From assembly GCF_018350175.1 (NCBI RefSeq), contig NC_058383.1:17484001-17548000 (forward strand): a DNA stretch of 64,000 nucleotides, written 5' to 3'. The notes below the pieces were generated by a model. That model had not been told where the DNA came from. It searched no databases and worked only from the letters and a program-made list of their open reading frames with translations. Below are positions 26,961 through 39,039 of this stretch, in pieces. Position 1 is the stretch's first letter; each line of letters begins with the position of its first letter. Made by a program: the position numbers and the translations under genes. This DNA comes from Felis catus. Its lineage: Eukaryota.

Positions 26961-28828
26961 TGGTTCTCGCCGAAAGTACCATCATGCTGTTGTCTCTTGG
27001 AGAGCTTGGATGCCTCACACCCGATGCTTGTTCCCCCAAACCTCCTGGTATAGGTATCTTCCAAGTCTTGAGGACTCCAGGGAAAAGGCTCTGGAGTCAT
27101 ACAAAATCCCCGCCCTTCCTTGGAAAATCACCAAACCTCGGTTTTCTTATCTGAAAAATGGGGATAAGGAGACCTATCTCCAAGTAGAGTTAGGTGTACT
27201 AGGACAATGTTCACGAAAGTGCCCAGCTCAGGGCCTGACACGGGGCACGTGTTGGGAGTTCCTTTTTCGAGGTCCCTTCCTGCCCAGCTTTTCTGGGATC
27301 CCAGGAATCCATCATGCCGAAAGGGGTCAGTTCCTGTGAGAAGAAAACTGTGGCAGGCAGTCTCCCCCTATCTTGAGCCGCACCCCCTCCTCTCCCCGCC
27401 CACTTCATCTTGGTTCTCCAGCGTCCACTACCGAACACTGCTCCCAGGGGGCGCCCATTCTCCATTTGACTGAGGTCCTGCAGCCGGCCAGATTGCTCAG
27501 CCTGAAACTAGGTTCTGCATCCCGCCCAGCCAGCCTTGGAGGCATCCCTCTAAACATCTCAGCCGCCAGAGCAAATAGGGTTGCTTCGCACCTTTGTGCC
27601 TTCCTACCTACCCTCTTGATCTCCCTTCTCTGCCGGAAAACTACTCACTTCTGACCCCAAGGCCAAACCCTACCCCCGCCCGCCCTCTTCTCCGTTTGAG
27701 AGAAGAGGGTTAGAGGGCTCTGCAGAAGACCTGGTGGGTGTGGTTTTTCTGTCCGGGAAGTTAACAGTGGCCAGAGTAGTATGAAGTCTTAAGTTTGCAG
27801 GGACTCCCTCAAGCTGAACTGAAGCTCCTTCCAGTTACCACTTTGTCAGGAAATCCTTGGCTTCCAGACGGCTGTTTTCTCTATGTCCTCACTGCTTTAG
27901 CGTTGGCTTACGTGATTGTTCAGGGCTTTCTCACGGGTTTTTCCCACTGCCTGTAATTTCCTTCCCCTTCTTTCTCACTTTTCTACCCAATTAACTATTC
28001 ATTCTTCAGGTTTCTGTTTAAATGCCACTGTCCCAATGAAGTCTTCCTGCAATTCCCACATGAAGTTCATTTATTGACTCTTTCCCTACATTGTAAGCTT
28101 TATGAGGTGTCCACCTCACATGTTATTAAGTGCTTTCAGCATCTTACTTGATTCTCAGAAGAATCCAATGAGGTAGAATCCCCTTTTATAGATGAGGAAA
28201 CTAGGGCCCAGATAGATGAGTTGTAGAACCAGGATTCAAACCCAGACTCCAGAGCCCATCCTGAGGACTACTGCAACATCTGCAAACTGATCAAATCCAG
28301 CCAAACATGTGTGCTTAGTTTGGCATAGCAACAAGTATCTCCTGCAGAAATGGATTTCCATTTTCACTTGAAATCCTGAAATCTAGTAACACTGAGTCTC
28401 TGTTCCTTGAACAAGAAACAACTGGACCTGAGCAAAAGGCTGTCGCTTTGGATAAGACATGTACTCACCAGTGCAACACAGTCCCCTCCCAGCTTGCTTC
28501 AGTTCGAATGTAAGCATTCTTGGCCCCATTCCATTAACTGAGACAACCAGAATGAGCCTATTGAGGGTCAAGACCATTTCTTACACTATATGTATAACAC
28601 CCCAGTGCCAGGCTCTGTGCCTGTGCCCCCAGCTGGGTGGGTGGGGGTGGGGGGGTGGCAGAGTGAGATTGCATATATAAGATATAGGAGGACTTTTACT
28701 TTTCACTTTACACCCTACCCTGCAGTTTGACATTTTTACCATGAGCAGATATTGTTAACATTTACAGGAGTTGAAAAGACTACAATTCGACCATGTTGAC
28801 ATTAAAATATAAAGATGACAGACCTCAA

Positions 28829-29040
28829 GGGGTGCCTGGGTGGCTCAGTCGGTTATGCGTCGCTCAGGTCATGGTCTTGCGGTCCGGGGGTTCGAGCCCT
28901 GCATCGGGCTCTGTACTGACAGCTCAGAGTCTGGAGCCTGCTTCTGAGTCTGTGTCTCCCTCTCTCTCTGCCTCTCCCCCACTCGTACTCTATCTCTCTC
29001 ACTCTCAAAAATGAATAAATGTTTTAAAAGAATTTAAAAA
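28829..29040 (+). mobile_element. CAN-SINE with TSD aaagatgacagacctca
   Basis: TSD on both flanks. Confidence 0.9.
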
Positions 29041-29216
29041 AAAGATGACAGACCTCAAAAATCAGTAAACTCAAGGAATACGGCACTCATGAGCCCCTTT
29101 TCATTTGTGCAAAAATGATGGCTGTTTTCTGTCAACCTTATTTATGCATTTTGTATAAGACACTTTGCAAGGATGACTTAAGACCACTCAGCGGTGGTGT
29201 TTTTCATTCCAAGGTC

Positions 29217-30296
29217 CTAGGCTATAGGACTACAGACCGCTTTTGGAAACAGGTCGGACCACTCAGTCTCTAGTGAGGAACTGCTAAAAAGGAATGGAGG
29301 GCACCCGTCTGCCTTCAGAACTATCTGCAACCTTGGAATGAGCGCACTGAATTCAGGAGCTGGAGCAGCCCATTTATCCCGAAGTTCCTTTTTAGCAGCG
29401 GCTGGTCTTCCTTCTGGATCTCTTCTGGATCTCTGTAGACATTCATAGCTTCTGTATCGGCCAGGATAGGCTAGGTTATGTTGTAGTAACAAATAACACC
29501 CAAGTTTGGTGGCTTATAACAAAAATGGTCTGTTTCTTGCTCATTCTGCATGTCTAGTGGGGTCTGCTCATTCTAGTCACTCAGGAAACAAGCTCCATCT
29601 TGATATGTGTATGTGACTCCATGTGACACTTCTGCTCACATTGTATTGACCAGTCCATAACTTTACCTAACTTCAAAGGGGGCAGAGAAGAGATCTCTTC
29701 ACATGCCTAAGAGAAGAACTGGCATACTTGTGAGCAACCTTAATGACAAATACAGCTTCTTAAGGGTCCTAGGGAAAGTTAGGGAAATCACCATATAGGG
29801 GATTTTCTGGGCAAGCACCCAGCACAAGACACCTGCTGAGTAAACTCTTATTGTCTTATGGTTTGGCATCGTCCATATGAAGTAGGAAGGAGTCTGATAT
29901 ATACTGAACTATAGTGGACAAGTGAACAGAAAATGCCTCTGTGAGAGGATGATAGTCAGCCCTGGGATCAATCATCACAAAAAGCAAGGCTCCCCCAAGG
30001 CAGCCTGGATCTGATTAGTGAAGATCCCAGAAGTGAAATGCTCGGCAATGGGTGTGGCTTCACGTGGCCACAGAAACCTTCAGTAGAGTTCTTGCTAGTG
30101 TTCCCAGAGAATCTGATGTCCATAGTAAGCTGAGTTTCTACTGGTAGCATGGACTACCACGTAGCATGGACTACCAGTAGAAATTTCTCCCTGAACCTCT
30201 TCAAATTTATCATGTAGATATATGACATTTCTTTTTGCAGATGTCCACTTCCGTTCAGGAGCCAGGATCTATGCACTAAGTGGGTTCCTGCAGCAA
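29217..30296 (-). pseudogene. RPSA: Processed RPSA (40S ribosomal protein SA) pseudogene, heavily decayed
   Basis: AAGTHL...IYMINLKR..EKFLL (N-term) and RDPE...WAAPAPEF (C-term) match RPSA; frameshifts; no introns. Confidence 0.85.
29453..29754. mobile_element. MLT1-type (ERVL-MaLR) solo LTR inserted in the RPSA pseudogene
   Basis: TG...CA ends, start tgtatcggccaggataggctaggttatg, 5-bp TSD GCTTC at 29448-29452 and 29755-29759. Confidence 0.75.
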
Positions 30297-30299
30297 TCA

Positions 30300-30347
30300 T
30301 ATACATATACATATGTGTGTGTATATATGTGTGTGTGTATATATACA

Positions 30348-30391
<44 letters not shown>
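30300..30391. repeat. (TA)n/(TG)n microsatellite
   Basis: Direct reading. Confidence 0.95.
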
Positions 30392-30395
<4 letters not shown>

Positions 30396-30975
30396 AGATA
30401 CTTTTCAACCTTAAAATGGAATAAAATTCTGACACACTAAAACATGGATGAACCTTGAAAACAGGATGCTAAGTGAAACAATCCAGAAAAAAAGAACAAA
30501 TACAGTATCATTCCACTGATATGAGGTACCTGGAGTGATCAAATTCACAGAGACAAAGTGGAATGGTGGTTACCCAGGGCCTGGGGGAAATGGAATGGAA
30601 AGTTAGTGTTTACTGGGTACAGAGTTTCAGTCAGAATATTAAAAAGTTCCAGGGGCGCCTGGGTGGCGCAGTCGGTTAAGCGTCCGACTTCAGCCAGGTC
30701 ACGATCTCGCGGTCCGTGGGTTCGAGCCCCGCGTCAGGCTCTGGGCTGATGGCTCGGAGCCTGGAGCCTGCTTCCGATTCTGTGTCTCCCTCTCTCTCTG
30801 CCCCTCCCCCGTTCATGCTCTGTCTCTCTCTGTCCCAAAAATAAATAAAAACGTTGGAAAAAAATAAAAAAAAAAAGAATATTAAAAAGTTCTGGAGATA
30901 GATGGTGGTGATGGTCCACAAGAATGTGGATATAATTAATGCCACTGAACTGTACACTTAAAAATGAATAAAATG
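30392..30975 (+). mobile_element. Old L1 3' fragment interrupted by a felid SINE (about 30652-30876, TSD agaatattaaaaagttc)
   Basis: acatggatgaaccttgaaaac..atgctaagtgaaa L1 3' motif; TSD on both sides of the SINE. Confidence 0.8.
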
Positions 30976-31569
30976 GTGGAGGACTTGGGTGTCTCAGTCG
31001 GTTAAGTGGCTGACTTTTGGTTTTAGCTTAGGTCATGATCTCATGGTTCACGAGTTCAAGCCCCACATTGGACTCTGCACTGACAGTGTGGAGCCTGCTT
31101 GGGATTTTCTCCCTCTCTCTCTCTGTCTCTCTCTGCCCCTCCTATGTCTCTCTCTCAAAATAAAGTTTTTAAANNNNNNNNNNNNNNNNNNNNNNNNNNN
31201 NNNNNNNNNNNNNNNNNNNNNNNNNNNNNNNNNNNNNNNNNNNNNNNNNNNNNNNNNNNNNNNNNNNNNNNNNNNNNNNNNNNNNNNNNNNNNNNNNNNN
31301 NNNNNNNNNNNNNNNNNNNNNNCAACAACAAACCACTATACTATAATGGGGGAGGGGGGGAAGAAGAACACAATTGTGACAAGTCTTCTACCTTAGAATG
31401 GATATAGAAGTTAGGGGTTTAAATTATGCAATGAACTCAGAATATTACTTGGAACCTTTTCAGACATATTTCAGTTTCTTCCACTTTCTTGTAAAAGTAG
31501 AACAAACAGATAAAATTGTGGTTTAAAACAAAGAACTAGTATGAGATGATTTTTGAGCAACATTGTTTT

Positions 31570-31935
31570 TTAGTTTTACGTTTTTAAATTCCAGTTAATA
31601 TACAGTGTTATATAAGTTTCCGATATACAATATAGTGATTCAACACTTCCATACATCACCCAATGCTCATCAGGACAGGTGCCCTCCTTAATCTCCATCA
31701 CCTATTTCACCCATTCCCTCCTGCACCTCCCCTCTGGTAACCATCAGTTTGTTCTCTATAGTTAAGAGTCTGTTTCTTGGTTTGCCTCTCTCTCTCTCTC
31801 TCTCTCTCTTATTTTTTCCCCTTTGTCTTGTTTCTCAAATTCCACATATTAGTGAAATAATATAGTATTTGTCTTTCTCTGACTTACTTCCTTTAGCATT
31901 ATACTCTCCAGCTCTATCCATGTCACTGCAAATAG
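31570..31935 (-). mobile_element. L1 3' fragment (carnivore type)
   Basis: FAVTWIELESIML ORF2 C-terminal remnant plus 3'UTR. Confidence 0.75.
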
Positions 31936-33409
31936 TTGAGAAATATTGAGTGAAAAAAGCAAGGAGCAGAATAACGTGTGTGGTTTGCTACTGTTTGTTT
32001 TACAAAGGCAAAATCCAAACATACAAATTTGATTACAGATACATAAAATGTCCTTGAAAATATTCAGAAGAAACAAGTAGCCTTAGTTGCCTCCAGGGAG
32101 GGGAACTGGGTGGCTGGGGAGCACAGGTAGGAGAAAACCTTTGCACTGAACAGATGCCTTTTCGGCCCTTTTGCGTGTTGAACCAAATGAGTTATCTGTC
32201 CCCAAATGACTACATTACCTTTGTAAAGAACCACAATTGTAAAGAATCAAATGACATTTTCTAGAAAATTCTGAAGTACACATCTCATTGGTTGAGGATC
32301 ACTACCACTGCCACTAGATTGAATAAATGGGTAGTAAATACTTCTTGTATGCCAAGCCCCATGCTAGGCAGCTTTGATGCAAATTTCCTGGCCTAATCCA
32401 GAATGTCTAGAGATGAGGGTTTGGGATTTATTCTCCCCACCCTCTAGGATCTGTAAGACAAGACTGTGGCCTCCTGCACAGTACTGCATCCTTGTAATGA
32501 ACTGTGGAGAACTTTGAACCCCAATGTAATACCTCCCCACCAGCTGATACTGGGCCTCCTGCTTCTATGCCCTTTCTGAAATCGTCCCAGCTTCCCCATC
32601 CCTCTACGCCCAAGGCAAACTCTAAACTCCAGCTAGTCCTTCACAGATACTAAAAGCCCTGAGGGCTTGGATTTGCTGCTGCCCCAAGCTCTCAGTTCCA
32701 CTAGAATGACCCGAATCCCTGTTACTTTGGTTAAGCAGAGGTCAGGGATCAGCCACCTCCTGTAGCCAGCCGGCTGCCAAGCTTAATTCTATCATTCCTC
32801 CTCCACCCTCCCCCCACTCCTTCCTTCCTTTTTTCCCCCTCTTTTTCATATTTATGGTCATCTTTCCCCATCTGAAATGTTACTCTTGTTGTTGTCTTTT
32901 CCACCAATTAAAATACACTCAGTATGCAACAGCTTTAGACTTTGTATGTTTTTTCAACTTGCGGTGTACCATTTTTAGCTTCAATTCAGTTTGATTTTTA
33001 ACTCTCTATTGTGGAAAATTTCAAACACATGTAAGAGTAGGAGCAGTATAATAACCCCCCCATATCCGTGTAACCATTATCCACATATAGCTAATCCAGT
33101 TTCAACTATAACCCCACTCCTCCCCTCCTCCAACCCCTGTTGTATTATTTTAAAGCAAATCCCAGACATCATAACATTTCATTTATGATATTCTTCAGGG
33201 TATGTCTCTAGACCTAAGGAATTTTTTTTTAGCATGACCACAGACATTTGTCACTTCTAAATAAATAATGGTAATTCCTTAATTAATATCATCTAATACA
33301 TAGTCCATGTTCAGATTTCCTGGATTATCTCATAAATGTGTCTGTACAGTTGGCTTAGTGAAATCAGAACCCAAACCAACTTCATACATTTGGTTGTCAA
33401 AATAGGGAG

Positions 33410-33905
33410 CTTCTGACATGGCTGCAAATGATCCTTGCCTTCTGGCCTTCCCCTCCCCTTAACAAAGGCTGGACCTAGTGACTTGCCTGTACAATGAATA
33501 GAATCAGCAAAAGTGATGGGACCATACTTTCAAGATAAGGCTACAAAAGATTGTGATTTCCATCTTGGCACTCTTCTCTGCTTCTCTGATAAAACAAGAT
33601 GTCTTGTTGTGAACTGCCGCAAGGAGAGGTCCACGTGGCAAGAACTGAGAACAACCTCCCGCTACAAGCGGGGGAAGGACTGAAGCCTTCAGACCAACAA
33701 CCCTTGAGGAACTGAATCCTGCCAACACTGCATAAGTGGACTTGGAAGCAGATACCTGTGCCCCTCGAGATGACTGCACCCTGACAGTGTTTGCAGGCTG
33801 CTGAGAGTCTCAGCCTCTGGCCCACAGAAATGGAAATGGAAATAATGAATGTTATTTTAAACTACAAGTTTCCGGGGAAACTTGTTACACGGCAAAAGAT
33901 AACCA
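33410..33905. mobile_element. MLT1-like LTR remnant
   Basis: Typical MaLR LTR motifs (gaggaactgaatcctgccaaca...agatgactgca). Confidence 0.55.
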
Positions 33906-34680
33906 ATCCTGTTGTTATGTCTCCTGAATCTCTTTAATCTACAACAGTTCACCTACCTCTTGTGGTTTTTTTCCTTGCCAGGCCTGGTCCTGTTTGGAAG
34001 ACAGAGTTGTATGTAATATTCAGTATCGCTCAAAGTGGGACCCAGAATCCCCCAGGAGATGGGGTGGCAATAGCTCCCATACTAAAAATGCAGATGCCTG
34101 GGCTCCTTGGAACCTACTGAATCTCTGAGTGGGGACCAAAAATATGTACTTCTAAGAGCATCCCAGGGGATTCATTTGTCTACTGAAGTCTGGAATCAGA
34201 TAGAGTTGGTTTAGAGGCTTGGTTTTAACACTATCTGTGGAGCATTGTGTGCCCTCACCTCTCTGAGTTTCCTCATCTGCAGGATATGATCCTTACAGTA
34301 TTTACTCTGTAAAATGCTGTACCTAGATGTTTCCTTTCCTACTCTCTTGATTCATGGATTTGCCCTATTTCACGAGAAAGGGATTAGGTTGTAGGTAGAA
34401 TGGGGGAAATGGGCCTTGGGATATTTTCACACACTCAATGTTACTGATAAGCACATACACACTCAAATCCTTGCACAGGAGAACCAACTTGGTTTTTCAG
34501 TTTGCCATACAAAAGTCCCTTCTGCATGCTAAGGCAACTTGAACTATTTGCAGGAAAGGGGCACCTGGGTGGCTCAGTCAGTTGAGTGTTCGACTCTTGA
34601 TTTTGGCTCAGGTCATGATCTCAGGGTCATGGGATTGAGCCCCACATCAGGCTCCACACTGAGCCTGGAGCCTGCTTAGG

Positions 34681-34721
<41 letters not shown>

Positions 34722-34959
34722 AAAAATTGAAAAAAAAAACTATTTATGGGAAAACCAGCTCAATTGCATACGAAATGTTGAAGATTTAAGAAATTAACAG
34801 TCTTACAGTCTGATAGTGTGGAGCCTGCTTAGAATTCTCTCTCCCTCTCTGTGTGTCCCTACTCCACTTGTGCTCTCTCTCTCTCAAAATAAATAAATAA
34901 ACCTAAAAAATACTTTTAAAAAGAAAGCTTTCTCTTAGCCCAAGGTTTTCTTTTATTTT

Positions 34960-35775
34960 TCCCTTCCAGTTTTAATATGTAATTGACATAGAACACCGTA
35001 CAAGTTTAAAGTGTATAGCATAATGACTTGACATATATATGTCATATATCTACATATTTTTAAATGATTACCACAATAAGTTTAGTTAACATCCATCACC
35101 TCATGCAGTAACACAAAAATGTTCCCCCAGCACCGTGATGAGAACTTTTAGAATTTACTTTCTTAGCAACTTTCAGATATATCACACAGCACTGGGAACT
35201 ATAGTCATCATGTTGTACATTACATCTTTAGTACTTATTTATTTTATAACTGGAAGTTTATACCTTTTGACCATCTTCAAGTAATTCTCCACCCTAAACC
35301 CCCACCTCACAACACAAATCTGATCTCTTTTTCTATGAGTTTGGTTTTTTGAGATTTCACAAATAAATTAGATCATACAGTGTTTATCTTTCTTGGTCTG
35401 ACTTATTTCACTTAGCATAATGCCCTTAAAGTCCATCCTGAAATATCAGGATTTCCTTCCTGTTTATGGCTAAATAGTATTCTGTTGTACACACACACCA
35501 CACTTTCTTTTTTTAAGTTTATATATTTATTTTGAGAGAGGAGAGTGGGGGGGGGGGGGCAGAGAGAGAGAATCCCAAGCAGGCTCCGCACTGTCAGACT
35601 ATCAGCACAGAACCCGACATAGCGGAACCATGAGATCAGGACCTGAGCTGAAATCAAGAGTTGGAGGCTCAACCAACTGAGCCACCCAGCTCCCCTCAAA
35701 CCATATTTTCTTTCTCCATTCATGTGTCGTGGATACTTAGGTTGTTGCCTTGTCTTGGCTCTTGTAAATGTAATG
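34960..35775 (-). mobile_element. L1 3' fragment with an inserted SINE (about 35510-35695)
   Basis: ctgacttatttcacttagcataatg L1 motif. Confidence 0.7.
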
Positions 35776-35884
35776 CTCAAACTGAAGACTTAAAAATATT
35801 CTTCTATATTTTTGCTTCATAATTTCAGAGATCTCTTTCACGTGTAAGTCTTTATCATTTATTTATTCTTAATGGTGTTAGAAG

Positions 35885-37547
35885 GGGAAATGCTGTAGGG
35901 TCCCCAGAAACAGCCTGAGATGGGGATTCTTGACCAAGTGACATAGGCAACGTTCTCAGAAGAAACATTAGGTCATCAGGATTAGGGCAGTGAGGAAAAC
36001 TGAGCAAGAATGTGGTCTTGGCTGTTGACTAGCTTTGGTTTGATGCTAGAAAAAGCTCTGGAGCCCACATTGTACTAATAGGTTAGTGCCACCTGGAGGT
36101 AAGGCCTTTCACACATCTGTGCCAGTCTGCCATTGGCTAAGGAGGAGGAGTGCTGGGCAGTTCAACAGAGATGGGGGCAGCTGGGCGATGGGTGTACTAT
36201 TGATAAAGGGATCTGGTGGGGCAGCAGCAGCACGCACGACACTTCACCTTTGCACTGCTCAGATCTACTTGGTTTTCCCCTGAAGTTCACTCCATCCAGG
36301 TACAGCTTCTCTAGCATTCTGATTGGTCACAATTTCTGGGTAAACTTAGAAGAGGAGAATTAGTTCCTCCCCTGATAGTCATCATCTCCTTCCTCTGCCA
36401 CGCACTTATTCTAGCTCTCCCCTTCCCTTCTACCCTGGGCTTCAACTAGTCTTTCTGCTAGTATCAATAGCTTGCTGGTAAGTTGACCTTGGCCATCATC
36501 CCAGAAGGGTTGAGTCCCTAGTTATCATGCCCTGTCAGGCCATGGCTATTGTACTTGCCCATTTACAAATAAAACTCAGGACAGGTATCTGGAGATGTCC
36601 CAATGGATCGATTGCCTGCGTGCTAAACATGTTCCTCCTGCCCCTATTCCATAGCAGCTGTCCTACCTTCTTTTTTTTTTTTTTAATTTTTTTTTCAACG
36701 TTTATTTATTTTTGGGACAGAGAGAGACAGAGCATGAACGGGGGAGGGGCAGAGAGAGAGGGAGACACAGAATCGGAAACAGGCTCCAGGCTCTGAGCCA
36801 TCAGCACAGAGCCTGACGCGGGGCTCGAACTCACAGACCGCGAGATCGTGACCTGGCTGAAGTTGGACGCTTAACCGACTGTGCCACCCAGGCGCCCCTG
36901 CCCTACCTTCTGGTGACGACCTTTGGCAAGTCTTTTCTTTGCCTCTTGGTCTGTTGGCACAAGGAGACAGAAGTGACCAGGTGGCAGGTGTCGCTCAAAA
37001 TTCACCGGGACTCTTGCCATGTCCCCTTGCAGAAATGTCCCTCCGCACTCTGGGAATTGGGATCTCTAGACCCATAGGACCTAAAGTTAGGGGGCTGGAA
37101 GCACAAATTCCCCAAGGAGGTTACTGGGACTAATGGTAAACAGGACCACTCCTGCTTCTAATCCTAGGTTTCCAGACTCATATACCTATGTTCTTGGGCA
37201 CAGCACCATAAAACAGCCATTGGTTTAAGGCATATGTTGCATTCTAAAAGATAATAATACTGTATGGTCTCCACGCCAGCATCTCAGCTGCACCTTCCAG
37301 AGACCGTTCCGTTACCTTAACAGGCCAGCAGCTTCTTGATGGTACGGCAAATGGCAGTATGTCCACCACAGCACTTCCTTTGCTGTAAATGGGTCCCTGG
37401 ATCAGGGGGAGAAGGAAGCAGCTGTGAGTCACTAGTAGCAGGAGTCACATCAGCCACGAGATAGGTGCACTGCTAGTAAAAGGGATGCACCAGCTGCGTG
37501 CTTTATAGGATCTCATCCAAACGTTCACGTATAATTTTCCACCTGTC
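35885..37547. mobile_element. ERVL-class LTR plus internal remnant, with a felid SINE at about 36669-36898 (-)
   Basis: LTR16/33-like start followed by decayed ERVL-like sequence, recognised by eye. Confidence 0.45.
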
Positions 37548-37549
37548 CT

Positions 37550-38176
37550 TTTTTTTTTAATATATGAAATTTATTGTCAAATTGGTTTCCATACAACACC
37601 CAGTGCTCATCCCAAAAGATGCCCTCTTCAATGCCCATCACCTACCCTCCCCTCCCTCCCACCCCCCATCAACCCTCAGTTTGTTCTCAGTTTTCAAGAG
37701 TCTCTCATGCTTTGGCTCTCTCCCACTCTAACCTCTTTTTTTTTTTTTCTTTCCCCTCCCCCCTGGGTTTCTGTTAAGTTTCTCAGGATCCACATAACAG
37801 TGAAACCATATGGTATCTGTCTTTCTCTGTACAGCTTATTTCACTTAGCATAACACTCTCCAGTTCCATCCACGTTGCTACAAAGGGCCATATTTCATTC
37901 TTTCTCATTGCCATGTAGTACTCCATTGTGTATATAAACCACAATGTCTTTATCCATTCATCACTTGATGGATATTTAGGCTCTTTCCACAATTTGGCTA
38001 TTGTTGAGAGTGCTGCTATAAACATTGGGGTACAAGTGCCCCTATGCAGCAGTACTCCTGTATCCCTTGGGTAAATTCCTAGCAGTGCTACTGCTGGGTC
38101 ATAGGGTAGGTCTATTTTTAATTTTTTGAGGAACCTCCACACTGTTTTCCAGAGTGACTGTACCAGTTTGCATTCC
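37550..38176 (-). mobile_element. 5'-truncated young L1 (ORF2 C-terminus, 3'UTR, poly-A)
   Basis: WRFLKKLKIDLPYDPAVALLGIYP...CTPMFIAALSTIAK...; poly-T at the left end; degenerate TSD tccacctgtcct/tccagctatcct. Confidence 0.92.
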
Positions 38177-38249
38177 TCCAGCTATCCTAATGCCTTTTAA
38201 TAGTTTATTCTTATCCTCCCTCAATTAGTTAATGAGTTCATTTATTTAC

Positions 38250-39000
38250 TTGTTTGTTTGTTTGTTTTTAATGTGTTATTTATTTGAGAGAGAGAGCGCG
38301 TGCGAATGGGGGCCGGGCAGAGAGAGAAAAGGGCAGAGGATCCGAAGAGGGCTCTGTGCTGACAGCAGTGAGCCTGACGCCGAGCTTGAACTCATGCATC
38401 GTGAGATCATGACCTGAGCTGAAGTTGGACCCTCAACCGACTGAGCCACCCAGATGCCCCCTCCCTTATTTTTTATCATAGCCTGTACTCCTAGGTATAC
38501 ATGGGTCTATTCCTGGTCTTTCTATTCTGTTCCATTGACCTACTTGTCCAGTTCCACATGTCTGTCACATAGTGTTTAATATAATAGAGTTTGGGGAAGT
38601 TTTTCTTATTTGGAAGAGTCTGCTCATTTGACAAGACCCTGTTTATGTGTCACTTTGGGAAATTCAGTTCACACAGAGAGGATTCAATATGCAACTGCTG
38701 AACAGAGGACAGCCCTTTTGGGTCTCCACTTTCTCCCAGTTTTTAAATCAATACCCTGGGGCGCCTGGGTGGCGCAGTCGGTTAAGCGTCCGACTTCAGC
38801 CAGGTCACGATCTCGCGGTCTGTGAGTTCGAGCCCCGCGTCGGGCTCTGGGCTGATGGCTCGGAGCCTGGAGCCTGTTTCCGATTCTATGTCTCCCTCTC
38901 TCTCTGCCCCTCCCCCGTTCATGCTCTGTCTCTCTCTGTCCCAAAAATAAAATAAACGTTGAAAAAAAAAATTTTTTTTAAATAAATAAATAAATAAATA
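38250..39000. mobile_element. Two SINEs: minus at about 38250-38460, plus (SINEC_Fc type) at about 38757-39000
   Basis: SINE structure. Confidence 0.88.
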
Positions 39001-39039
39001 CCCTAATCCTAATCCCCAGTCAGACTCTGCTAAGACACC

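Noticed and set aside
32428-32613. SCLTDPRG resembles the Mondo C-terminal SILTDP
   Set aside because: Too short, and no bHLH-ZIP exons were found in between
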